Part shown: positions 26,497 through 35,140 of the stretch, in pieces
Layout: every line of letters starts with the position of its first letter
Position numbering within the stretch: the stretch's first letter is position 1
Sequence record: NC_042013.1
Reading direction: 5' to 3' (one strand)
DNA length: 64,000 bases
Translations under genes and position numbers: made by a program
The notes under the pieces: generated by a model
Told to the model about the DNA's origin: nothing
The model's database searches: none
Seen by the model: only the letters and a program-made list of their open reading frames with translations

Positions 26497-26753
26497 CCAA
26501 GATAATCCATGACAATCTGACGGTCCTCATCGGTAACTACCAGATGTTTATCATCAAACGATGTTGGCTTGTAATCTACCTCGCCACTAAGAACAATCTC
26601 ACGAAGACGTTCTTTGTTTACATTAAAGAAATCATCCGATTCAATCTGTTCTTTCATAATAGCGTCATTTGCCATAACGTGGTGCATATGAAGAAAAGTC
26701 ATAACGATCTCCTTTAATTGTTTCGATGAAATGGTTATATCCCATCGAAACAA
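26490..26753 (-). CDS. hypothetical protein
   Basis: 87-aa ORF. Confidence 0.55.
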   Translation of the reverse strand: MFRWDITISSKQLKEIVMTFLHMHHVMANDAIMKEQIESDDFFNVNKERLREIVLSGEVDYKPTSFDDKHLVVTDEDRQIVMDYLGC

Positions 26754-26766
26754 TTAAGTCAAGAGT

Positions 26767-27225
26767 TTATTCCTTAGGCGCGGTTACTTTAGCGATTTCA
26801 CGCTGAATGATTTCGTTGGCAAGCTTTCGGTCAAGAGAATTGCCAAATTTTTCACCAAGCGCTTTCATAAGAACGCCGATAGCCTTTTTCGGTTCAGACA
26901 GCGTTGGGAGAATTCCAACCACTACTGCTTGAATAGATTCAGCCGAAGCCTGTTCAGGGAGAATAGAATTCAGAAAATGAACCTCCTCTCCAGTGCGCAC
27001 ATAAGCGTCCGTATCTTCCTTCAAGAGGTTTAGTGTTTCTTCAGACTTTTTCAGTGCCTGACGAACCGCCTTAATAGCATCATCATCAGTTACTTCCGGC
27101 TTAAGAGCATCGCGCTCTTTTGCAAAATCATTTGCACGAGAAAGAACCATCTGCGCAAATGGTGCCAATTCTGAACGTTCCTTGCGAAGACGTAGAGTTT
27201 CAGACTTCAGTTTTTCAATAGACAT
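26767..27225 (-). CDS. GatB/YqeY domain protein
   Basis: All-helical; VTDDDAIKAVRQ..KK..E, E...L...LPEQ.S..I, G.LMK.L. Confidence 0.8.
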   Translation of the reverse strand: MSIEKLKSETLRLRKERSELAPFAQMVLSRANDFAKERDALKPEVTDDDAIKAVRQALKKSEETLNLLKEDTDAYVRTGEEVHFLNSILPEQASAESIQAVVVGILPTLSEPKKAIGVLMKALGEKFGNSLDRKLANEIIQREIAKVTAPKE

Positions 27226-27249
27226 TTTACTTTCCTTTTTCGTGTTTTA

Positions 27250-27636
27250 TCAGAGATTGGTCACGTCAACGATTTTGATATTTTTAGAAATCTTACCATA
27301 AACCTTAATTAGATGTTTGTAAACCGTTTCCGCTGATTTTTTAGTTGAAAAAAGTTTGGCTTCTGAAACGTCCTCAACAAATTCGTGAATCGGTTTAGAG
27401 AAATCAACAACTTTTTTCTTTCGCTTTTTTTCTTCCTCTATGTCGTCATTTAATTGTTTTATTCTTCTGTCATAATGACTTAATGTTAAAGGTTTTTTTC
27501 TACTCTTTTTCAATGACGCACGTAGACGCTTGATATGCTCGAGATTGTTGATCAAATCGTCGGTTTTATCTTTATCGACGTATACCGTTGGTGAAACGCC
27601 TTTAAACCATAATTTTTCAATTTTAATCGCGAACAT
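27250..27636 (-). CDS. hypothetical basic protein
   Basis: 128-aa ORF. Confidence 0.6.
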   Translation of the reverse strand: MFAIKIEKLWFKGVSPTVYVDKDKTDDLINNLEHIKRLRASLKKSRKKPLTLSHYDRRIKQLNDDIEEEKKRKKKVVDFSKPIHEFVEDVSEAKLFSTKKSAETVYKHLIKVYGKISKNIKIVDVTNL

Positions 27637-28075
27637 ATGGTACTTTCCCTATTGTCATATGCGGATGATGGCTTGTTCTTACGCCAAACTCATCACGAAT
27701 TGTATGTAGCATATCACACTTAACTCGAAGATACAAGAAGGTGTCTTCGGAGTATGCGGTAGGGTTATTGGTAATACCCACGTCAACCGAATATTGAAAT
27801 TTTACAATTTGGCCGTGGTATTTTTTCCAAAGATGCATTTTATCAGCTTTAGGTTTTTCACCTCGGATAACACTGATGTGTGCACCCCACGATTGCTTGA
27901 TAATAGGGTCATCATAAACTTTGAATGGATTAAAATGAGTATTCGCGAGTCTACGATAGTAGGACGCAATGTTTTCGTCCACCTCAATAACGCACCACCA
28001 CTCATTTCTTGTTTTCAAACCGGTTCTTTTCGGATCATAAATGATCTTACCAGTTCCTTCAAATTCAAAGTTCAT
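27623..28075 (-). CDS. 2H phosphoesterase family protein
   Basis: Two H-x-[ST]-h motifs: HISV and HMTI. Confidence 0.75.
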   Translation of the reverse strand: MNFEFEGTGKIIYDPKRTGLKTRNEWWCVIEVDENIASYYRRLANTHFNPFKVYDDPIIKQSWGAHISVIRGEKPKADKMHLWKKYHGQIVKFQYSVDVGITNNPTAYSEDTFLYLRVKCDMLHTIRDEFGVRTSHHPHMTIGKVPYVRD

Positions 28076-28437
28076 AGTAACTCCATCAACTCCTTATAGG
28101 CATAATACACTATATCTTTTCCAGAAAACCTGCCACGGTCCATTGCCAATCGGAAAATAATATCACGCTTAGGATGATTTGTCATTCCAAATTCTTCCTC
28201 GATATCGTGACGAAAATTGTCCTCAAGATTTTGACAAGCCTCGTTGTATTTCGAAAGATCATCTTGAAACTGTTCAACGTCTTTATGATATTGCTTCATG
28301 ATCTTTTCATAATAAGCAATATTTTCAACGTTATTAAAAGATGGCTTCATTGGTTCCAGCGGTCGAGCAGGGACGCCACGATGCGACCTATAATGACCAT
28401 CACGGGCTTTTTCGATAACTGACTTAACCATTGGCAT
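28072..28437 (-). CDS. hypothetical protein
   Basis: 121-aa ORF. Confidence 0.6.
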   Translation of the reverse strand: MPMVKSVIEKARDGHYRSHRGVPARPLEPMKPSFNNVENIAYYEKIMKQYHKDVEQFQDDLSKYNEACQNLEDNFRHDIEEEFGMTNHPKRDIIFRLAMDRGRFSGKDIVYYAYKELMELL

Positions 28438-28645
28438 TAGCCTCTTCAGTTGCCTTCTGATTCAGCCAATTACGGGCCTCAAGCTTACCAAAAAACCAAG
28501 GCTGTTGGGAAACCATCGCGTTAGCATTACGCCATTGATATTTGTTATTGAGGGGATGGTTAGTCCTGCAAGAATGAAGAGCATTGAGTGTTTCAGCAGT
28601 ATGAATAAGCTGACAAATTTGATCAAGGCGTTCGTTATCAGTCAT
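28424..28645 (-). CDS. hypothetical protein
   Basis: SD AAGGAG, own promoter. Confidence 0.65.
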   Translation of the reverse strand: MTDNERLDQICQLIHTAETLNALHSCRTNHPLNNKYQWRNANAMVSQQPWFFGKLEARNWLNQKATEEANANG

Positions 28646-28706
28646 ATGCTAATCTCCTTTGATTAATTGATTATCTGGAGATTAGCATATCTTATAATAA
28701 TGTCAA
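28644..28706 (-). promoter_or_regulatory. sigma70 promoter whose -10 lies in a 14-bp anti-SD/anti-AUG stem
   Basis: TTGACA-16-TAATCT; 28644-28657 pairs with 28677-28690. Confidence 0.75.
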
Positions 28707-28709
28707 CTC

Positions 28710-29117
28710 TTATTTCCAGTTAACACGAACACCATATTTACCGGGCATCGCGTGACATGCCGCAGCTTTCTTCGGATTGTTACCAACTTTATTAACACAA
28801 AGTTTTAAATGACGAAGACCGTATTTTAGACCAGCGTTGCAACTGTTTAGAGCACCCTCTGAATCTTTGTAACCCAATGCCTTTGCCGATTGTTTAGAAA
28901 CTTGCAATGGTCCGTGGTAACGTGGATTTCCCGGTTTACAACGAAATCCCGATTCTTTCTTAGCGACGTGTAATATAACCTCGCGTGGAATACCATATTC
29001 GGCGGCTTTATGAAGAATGATATCTTTTTCAGAACGCGGAATAGATGCTTGTGTTGTGGTTGAAGTTGTTGCACACCCCGTCAATACGACGAGAAATAAA
29101 ATAAGTAAAAATTTCAT
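28710..29117 (-). CDS. lipoprotein with lytic transglycosylase (SLT) domain
   Basis: Lipobox LTGC; AKKESGF (catalytic Glu), GPLQV. Confidence 0.8.
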   Translation of the reverse strand: MKFLLILFLVVLTGCATTSTTTQASIPRSEKDIILHKAAEYGIPREVILHVAKKESGFRCKPGNPRYHGPLQVSKQSAKALGYKDSEGALNSCNAGLKYGLRHLKLCVNKVGNNPKKAAACHAMPGKYGVRVNWK

Positions 29118-29127
29118 ATTTGTTTCC

Positions 29128-29514
29128 TTAATGAGACCAATGGCGTGACGGACCAATGTCGACGTGATACATACCGGGTTTACGGCGATATGTACCGTAT
29201 CCTCCGATTTCTGGAATATTTTTGAAAATATGGATCATTTTTGAACGTGAAACGTTAAAGACACGAAAGTCAACGGCTTTGCACGTGGCGTGCATAGACC
29301 TTTTTGATCCTTTTCTAAAACCAGACGTTATGATGACGTTTTGCCGAAGTTTATGCTGAACCTTCTTGATGATGGTTATCAGTTTTTTAGGGAAACAAGA
29401 AATTTGAACATTCTTGTGTTGAACTACGAGTCGGTCTAATTGTGACGCGTGTGTAATTCCTACTGCTGCTATATTGATACTCAATGTGAGCAAGACGAGT
29501 TTAAAAATCGCCAT
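29128..29514 (-). CDS. secreted peptidase M15A (YcbK/DUF882-like)
   Basis: Signal peptide; TSGFR, SMH, AVD, HVDIGP. Confidence 0.8.
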   Translation of the reverse strand: MAIFKLVLLTLSINIAAVGITHASQLDRLVVQHKNVQISCFPKKLITIIKKVQHKLRQNVIITSGFRKGSKRSMHATCKAVDFRVFNVSRSKMIHIFKNIPEIGGYGTYRRKPGMYHVDIGPSRHWSH

Positions 29515-29702
29515 TGGGCTGTATTCCTTTCTAATAGGATATTGTTATATCCTGTTATGAGGCAGACAAGCTTACTGGTGTTTCAGTATATTAAGCTTTA
29601 TACGGGACGTTGTTCACATCCCTTACCTTCGTTTAAAATTAAATTAATTCAGGATTGAATTAATTTGATATGGCGTATCCATATCTTTCAACTAAGTAGT
29701 CG

Positions 29703-29732
29703 AAAAAATACAAGGGCGATTAAGCCCTTGTA
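29703..29732 (-). terminator. intrinsic terminator
   Basis: TACAAGGGC/GCCCTTGTA plus U6 on minus strand. Confidence 0.75.
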
Positions 29733-29752
29733 GCAGTCATAAGGTATTTACC

Positions 29753-30271
29753 TTATAGTACCATAATGAAACCAAAAACGAGTGCGGTAAAAAGAGATAT
29801 CGCAAACATCATAACCATATACATATATGTTGTTTCATTAATCTTCTTTTGGATTTCATCACTGAAATCCGACTTATCCTTTAACAAATCGTCAAAGAAA
29901 ACTTGCTTATCAGCACTAAATTCATCAAGTGCTATTTCATAAAAATCATTTATACCGTCTATCACAAACCAACGATATTTTGGATTTTCATTATAAAATT
30001 TCTTAAGTTCGTTATATACGTTTTTATAATTTTGTTTTTCTGTTTCTTCGAGAATCACTTTAACACGATTTCGAATATTTGGATATGGTTGTGAACTTTC
30101 GACTCCAAGTGTAACAAACGCCGTATCTTTAGACATTGCGTGCGATGCACAGTAAGCCAGAATTATAAATGCAAAACCAAAGGCTAACAATATCCTCACT
30201 GTTGATGCCGTATGTTTACACTTTTTCGAAGGTGGTTGTTCCTTCATTCCAAACATATTCAACTCCCCCAA
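29753..30271 (-). CDS. two-TM membrane protein (start uncertain)
   Basis: Hydrophobic helices at both ends. Confidence 0.55.
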   Translation of the reverse strand: MGELNMFGMKEQPPSKKCKHTASTVRILLAFGFAFIILAYCASHAMSKDTAFVTLGVESSQPYPNIRNRVKVILEETEKQNYKNVYNELKKFYNENPKYRWFVIDGINDFYEIALDEFSADKQVFFDDLLKDKSDFSDEIQKKINETTYMYMVMMFAISLFTALVFGFIMVL

Positions 30272-30521
30272 GTTTTACAGATTTGATGTTTTTAAGGTCC
30301 ACATTACGATATCCAGACTTTTCAACGTCATATACCGTAAATAGACCCTTTTCTTCAGGAGAATACGTCTGCCCTACGCCCTTAAGACCTTCCGTTACGC
30401 CGCGCTTGCAACGCATGGTTCGGAGTTCTCCGGTAGAACGCTTTGTAAATGTAACTTCGAATTCCTCGCCCTTGTTGGCAAACTCTTTAAATTCCATAAG
30501 ATTCATTTTATATCTCTCCAT
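30216..30521 (-). CDS. SH3/Sm-like beta-barrel protein (WYL_2/DUF2693-like)
   Basis: FEVTFTKRSTGELRTM..VYDVEKSGYRN. Confidence 0.7.
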   Translation of the reverse strand: MERYKMNLMEFKEFANKGEEFEVTFTKRSTGELRTMRCKRGVTEGLKGVGQTYSPEEKGLFTVYDVEKSGYRNVDLKNIKSVKLGGVEYVWNEGTTTFEKV

Positions 30522-30535
30522 TTTTACATTTCGGA

Positions 30536-30694
30536 TTATACGATATTTCCAGCGAATAGTCCAGCTAAAATTAAAATAACAGATAGACCAGCCAAATAAT
30601 CTGCAATGGCAGGTGTTTCTTGGTTTCTATAATACAACATCATACCCATTGATGTTGCAAGCATAGCAAGCCCGATTACGGTTACATAAATCAT
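30536..30694 (-). CDS. small two-TM protein (52 aa)
   Basis: MIYVTVIGLAMLATSMGMMLYY...LAGLSVILILAGLFAGNIV. Confidence 0.5.
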   Translation of the reverse strand: MIYVTVIGLAMLATSMGMMLYYRNQETPAIADYLAGLSVILILAGLFAGNIV

Positions 30695-30828
30695 TAAATG
30701 GTATCCTCTTTTGAAAAGATTTTCCTGTACATAAAGATAGCAATCCCAAGACAGATACCAACAAGAAAGGTGATGCCAAAAAATTGAATAAGAACAGTTT
30801 CAAATGATGTCATATTTTATTCCTTAAG

Positions 30829-31098
30829 TTAAAGTTTCAATCCCCAAGTTAGGCTATATTCTTCTTTAGTCAATTCTAGGGGAACAGTCAATGTACCGTC
30901 GCCATTGATTTTTTGAATATAAAATGTAACTTTTGGATAAAACAACACTGATACTACAAAATGACCGTCCTTCTTAAAACGGACACCGGTTTCGATGCCA
31001 TACTTTTGTTCAGTCTTTGTTAGCTTAGATGTTAGTTTGGAATCGTTTAACATCTCCACCGTCGCTTTTGTGTGGCCTTTTGGGGTATACTTGTCCAT
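30829..31098 (-). CDS. hypothetical protein
   Basis: SD AAGGAG; start MDKYTP. Confidence 0.6.
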   Translation of the reverse strand: MDKYTPKGHTKATVEMLNDSKLTSKLTKTEQKYGIETGVRFKKDGHFVVSVLFYPKVTFYIQKINGDGTLTVPLELTKEEYSLTWGLKL

Positions 31099-31162
31099 TC
31101 GCCGTCTCCTTAAAAGTATCTTAAAATAAAAAGGCCCGTCTATGTAACGGGCCTTGGTTGCT

Positions 31163-31705
31163 TTAGAATTTAATTCCCGTGTCAATTCCAGTCTTATACG
31201 TTTCTGACGTATGTTGGGAAATAATCGGCTTATACTTGGCTAGATCGATCTTCGGATATCCGGCAAAACCAAGCCACAAACCTGACCAGAAATATTCCAG
31301 ATTATTCTGATAAATCTGTACCTTACTGATAAGAAACTTCTGTTCGTTTTCAAAATCCTTTCGGCCAGCCTCGATAGAGTTCGAAACCTTTAGGTACAAT
31401 TCAGGAGAAAGCTGTGCAGGATATGCTTCCGTAAACGCCTGAAGGAGTGCATTTGAACCACCTGCACCAAAACGTCCCTCAATACCCTGCTTGATTACGT
31501 CCTGAACAGCTTCTTTGTATTGCTTGGCAACACCCATCTGCTCAACAACACGAAGGGAGAGAGAACTCAGAACGTTCTGGTTTTGGTCATACTGCGCCTT
31601 GATATCATTCTCAAGGCGAACACCGAGATTTTTATATGTGACATATTGCATAAACAGGAAACCTGCGGCCAATACGACAATACCAATAGAAATAAGCCAC
31701 TTCAT
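31163..31705 (-). CDS. LemA-like membrane-anchored helical protein
   Basis: N-term TM, helical body, IEAGRKDF. Confidence 0.6.
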   Translation of the reverse strand: MKWLISIGIVVLAAGFLFMQYVTYKNLGVRLENDIKAQYDQNQNVLSSLSLRVVEQMGVAKQYKEAVQDVIKQGIEGRFGAGGSNALLQAFTEAYPAQLSPELYLKVSNSIEAGRKDFENEQKFLISKVQIYQNNLEYFWSGLWLGFAGYPKIDLAKYKPIISQHTSETYKTGIDTGIKF

Positions 31706-31757
31706 TTTTTAGTCCTTTCATTAAGTTTCGATACGTTTTTTGTATAAAAAATTGATA

Positions 31758-32903
31758 TCACTTTATAATTCTAATGTCAACCTTGCAGAAAAATATCAAC
31801 AAAGAAATACTTAGAATTACGCTTAGGATAAATCCAGATACAATAAGCCAAGTTGGAACCGGAATAGCATTTTTAAGATATTCAAATTCTTTCATAGACC
31901 TACGTTCAAACGAATTCATGCCAATTGTTTCTACATTTTTGATCAATGTCGAATATTCAATAGGCTTACCCATTCCACCAATAATGGAGTCGCGAAGTTC
32001 AATATCAAACAAGCTTTTTTTACTCCAAGAAAAAACGTTTGCCCATTTGATGTTATTATTATCAAGGCCAATGATTGCAACCGCATCATTTTTCTTGAAA
32101 CCATACCACTTCTTACGAATAGCATAGGCAATATTGTCGCCATATTGGTTAGCATCAACCAATACAAGAACAAAATTCATTTGTCTTTCTGGACCAAGCT
32201 TTTTGAGAACAACAGAAATGTCATTATTAAGTGTTTCTGGATACGTGACGTTACCAATGGGGACAACACGATCAACTTTGATCTTATCATAAATTTTAAT
32301 AGGGTATGAGGGAATAACGTTAGAATACTGTTCTTCAACAACCCCATCCTCATGATAAAGATTTTCAGATGCGGCACGCACCCAATTGCTATAAGGTTGC
32401 ATACTTGACGCCGGATCGCCAACCTTCTTTTCCGTGTATTTTGGAGGTTCATTAACCCCCTGACGATCAACACGTTTGATTTCAAAATCATATTTCACGT
32501 TAGTCCAAACGAAATAGCGACGTTCCCAATCGAAAACATAATTATACTCTGTCGTATAGATGGGAGTGCACGTGGTATTACCTTTATCATCGGTTGAACA
32601 CATTTCACCGGACTTTACGGTACGTGTACGATGTTCAGTGCAAAAATCATCTTGATAGCTTTGCCATCCGATAGGACATCCTCTGGTGATTGCTTGTTTT
32701 CGAACAATCTCACCGTTCCACAATTCATAATCATCTGCACTGGAATATCGTCCAGCATACCATACACCGGATACGATGAAGGCCGTTCCTACAAAAAGAA
32801 GAACCCCCTCGGTAATCGATACTGAATGGGAAAGCATTGTGACCGCAAAAATAGCAACAGTTAGCGGTACAAGAAAGATTAACAGAAGGGTAATGTCCAC
32901 CAC
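31758..32903 (-). CDS. membrane protein, partner of LemA-like (TPM-like periplasmic region)
   Basis: 2 N-term TM, Cys-containing periplasmic region, C-term TM; GTG start after AAGGAG. Confidence 0.6.
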   Translation of the reverse strand: MVDITLLLIFLVPLTVAIFAVTMLSHSVSITEGVLLFVGTAFIVSGVWYAGRYSSADDYELWNGEIVRKQAITRGCPIGWQSYQDDFCTEHRTRTVKSGEMCSTDDKGNTTCTPIYTTEYNYVFDWERRYFVWTNVKYDFEIKRVDRQGVNEPPKYTEKKVGDPASSMQPYSNWVRAASENLYHEDGVVEEQYSNVIPSYPIKIYDKIKVDRVVPIGNVTYPETLNNDISVVLKKLGPERQMNFVLVLVDANQYGDNIAYAIRKKWYGFKKNDAVAIIGLDNNNIKWANVFSWSKKSLFDIELRDSIIGGMGKPIEYSTLIKNVETIGMNSFERRSMKEFEYLKNAIPVPTWLIVSGFILSVILSISLLIFFCKVDIRIIK

Positions 32904-32957
32904 GATCTCCTTAATTAGAATAATTATCGTGATGGATATCACACCTCATAAAATAAA

Positions 32958-33395
32958 TCAACTGATATTATAGACCGTAAAAGAAACATCAAAACGTTGT
33001 TCGATTATATATAAAAGAGGTTTAACCTCATCTTCCCAAGATAATCCACCAAGACCGGTCCCTATACGTGGAATAGCAATTGTCTTAATAGATGGATGAT
33101 CAGTAATAAAGGACACTATAGACGCCGCTATTGCCTCCAGCGATGCATATACACCACCATTACCGTATGCCTCTTGTGTAAAGAAATTTATGATATGTTT
33201 ATTATTTGAAAAAACTACTTGGTACGTACCAATAATGTCTTGTTTTTTACAATATTCAGCGTATTCCCTGAAGACGGTAGGATGTGATGAGGCAACAAGT
33301 TTTGCAATTCCTTTGCCCATTTTGCCTTTACAGTTGACGCCGTGGCCGATATATTCTTCTTTAGCCGATAAAAGATTTCCTTTAATTTCAATCAT
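32958..33395 (-). CDS. macrodomain (ADP-ribose hydrolase, T4 tk.4-like)
   Basis: GNLL, HGVNC.G.MGKGIA, IAIPRIGTGLGGLSW. Confidence 0.9.
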   Translation of the reverse strand: MIEIKGNLLSAKEEYIGHGVNCKGKMGKGIAKLVASSHPTVFREYAEYCKKQDIIGTYQVVFSNNKHIINFFTQEAYGNGGVYASLEAIAASIVSFITDHPSIKTIAIPRIGTGLGGLSWEDEVKPLLYIIEQRFDVSFTVYNIS

Positions 33396-33453
33396 CTTTA
33401 ATCTTCCATTAAGGTTTATAGGTGACTATGATTATACACGAAAGGAGGTTCAC

Positions 33454-33747
33454 ATGATACATTTAGTTTCTCTTTACATAGAAATGGCTGAAAAATTAAA
33501 AGATGCTCATAAGAATAATGGCGACATCGTGTTATATCGCCATTTGATTAATCGTATTAATGAGAAATTTTTTGATCTTGTTGAGGAAGAATTCGGAATC
33601 TCATTTACTCCAAAATCAAGAGATTTGCTTTGGTATATAAATGAAAATGAGCAGGCCGGTTTCTTCCTCATTAGGTTCAAGGATGTCTTAAATCGTCTTG
33701 TAACGTCCAAGCATGTCGATGGTTTCCTTGACTGCACGACCTGTTGA
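33454..33747 (+). CDS. hypothetical protein, counter-oriented
   Basis: Strong SD AAGGAGG before ATG 33454. Confidence 0.5.
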   Translation: MIHLVSLYIEMAEKLKDAHKNNGDIVLYRHLINRINEKFFDLVEEEFGISFTPKSRDLLWYINENEQAGFFLIRFKDVLNRLVTSKHVDGFLDCTTC

Positions 33748-34479
33748 GATTTCACCCTTGATTTTGGTAACGAGTTCGTCGGTTGCGACATTTGGTGGTA
33801 AGAACCAAACACGGTTCACACCATCCCATTGACAACCATTAACTTTGAGAATGTCTTTTTCCGAAAAAGCAGTCCCCTCAAAATTAACTCGGAATTGTTC
33901 TTCAAACGTATTTGTTAGAAGTTCCTCGAGGTTCCCATCAAGAGAAAGAATTCTAAGCAACGCAAGGCAATCTTCTTCTGCACGATGGGCATTGAACCAG
34001 AAACCATATTTGAATGCGATATAGTCGAGAGACCTGCTTGTAAAGAATTTTGATTGCCAATCAATATCGGTAATAGAGCATCCCCATACCATATCAGCTA
34101 AATGGAAATCCTTTTCGAGGTAAGAACGATCAAACTTAGCATTATGTGAAATTACAATCATTGAATCACGCAAGATAGGATCAAGCTGACCCTTCTGAAT
34201 AGCGTGGCCCTCAACCATCTCATTTGTAATTCCATTGTACTTAGTTGTCTCTTCTGGAATTGGAAAACTTGGCTGGTTTAAAAGAGTGATAGGTGAATCA
34301 ATATCGGTGATTTCGAATTTGTCATTGAAATAAAAATGCAATGCAGTAAATTCAACGATTTCGTCATCAGGACCAATACCGGTCGTTTCGGTATCAATGA
34401 TAGTACCTTTATTATCGTTTTCTGAGCGACCTACTAATTCAATAGCGGGCAAATATTTAATGATTTTGTCTTCGTTCAT
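33688..34479 (-). CDS. DEDDh 3'-5' exonuclease (DnaQ/epsilon-like)
   Basis: IDTETTG, SHNAKFD, HRAEEDC. Confidence 0.9.
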   Translation of the reverse strand: MNEDKIIKYLPAIELVGRSENDNKGTIIDTETTGIGPDDEIVEFTALHFYFNDKFEITDIDSPITLLNQPSFPIPEETTKYNGITNEMVEGHAIQKGQLDPILRDSMIVISHNAKFDRSYLEKDFHLADMVWGCSITDIDWQSKFFTSRSLDYIAFKYGFWFNAHRAEEDCLALLRILSLDGNLEELLTNTFEEQFRVNFEGTAFSEKDILKVNGCQWDGVNRVWFLPPNVATDELVTKIKGEISTGRAVKETIDMLGRYKTI

Positions 34480-34535
34480 TGGGTTAATCCTTATTAATTT
34501 AACCCATCATATCACGCACGTTATTTCATTTTCAA
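34480..34535 (-). promoter_or_regulatory. promoter adjoining an RBS-blocking hairpin
   Basis: TTGAAA-18-TATGAT, then 8-bp stem TGGGTTAA/TTAACCCA with SD in loop, directly before ATG. Confidence 0.55.
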
Positions 34536-35116
34536 TTTTTAATTATAAAAAGCTTTGTATGTGCAGCATCTGCTTTATTACGACTCCATCCCCTCTTTTC
34601 TTCTATCCAATCGAAAAGATTTCCGCCATCAAAAGTTTCAATATTACCACCCTCATAATATTGAATGGTTTTGCCCATGCTATTAGCCTTGTCCATTAGA
34701 CGATACCACATTGTTCTACCTTTTTCAGATTGAACGATATCTGAAATAACACCGGTATGTGAAGGTAATATATAATCAAAGAACGTCTTAAAAACTATAT
34801 TGTTAGGCGTATTTCCTTTGCTACGCCATATCATTGCTTGAGTAACATAATCACCAGACAATTTAAAATGTGTAGGATATTCCAATTCACATAAGAAGGA
34901 AGTAAGGCCGGTTTCCTTGTCGATCACCATATAATTTTCATTAGAATTAAGGATGAAAAGATATTTGTCAGTTTCTTCCAAAACATCATAACCGGCATTC
35001 ATAACAGATTTTGTAAAAGATTTATTAGATTCCAGTCTGTCAAGATGTGTAGAAAAATCAGAAATGAGACGCGGCATCTCTGTTAAAGTATGTTCTAAAA
35101 GATCGATTAGTCTCAT
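34532..35116 (-). CDS. hypothetical late protein
   Basis: TAAATA at 35138-35143; N-term MRLIDLLE..L.EMP. Confidence 0.65.
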   Translation of the reverse strand: MRLIDLLEHTLTEMPRLISDFSTHLDRLESNKSFTKSVMNAGYDVLEETDKYLFILNSNENYMVIDKETGLTSFLCELEYPTHFKLSGDYVTQAMIWRSKGNTPNNIVFKTFFDYILPSHTGVISDIVQSEKGRTMWYRLMDKANSMGKTIQYYEGGNIETFDGGNLFDWIEEKRGWSRNKADAAHTKLFIIKN

Positions 35117-35140
35117 GGTAAATATCTCCTATGGAAATAT

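Noticed and set aside
33190-33453. Upstream extension of the 33190..33747 ORF
   Set aside because: Overlaps the macrodomain antisense; the strong SD is at 33454
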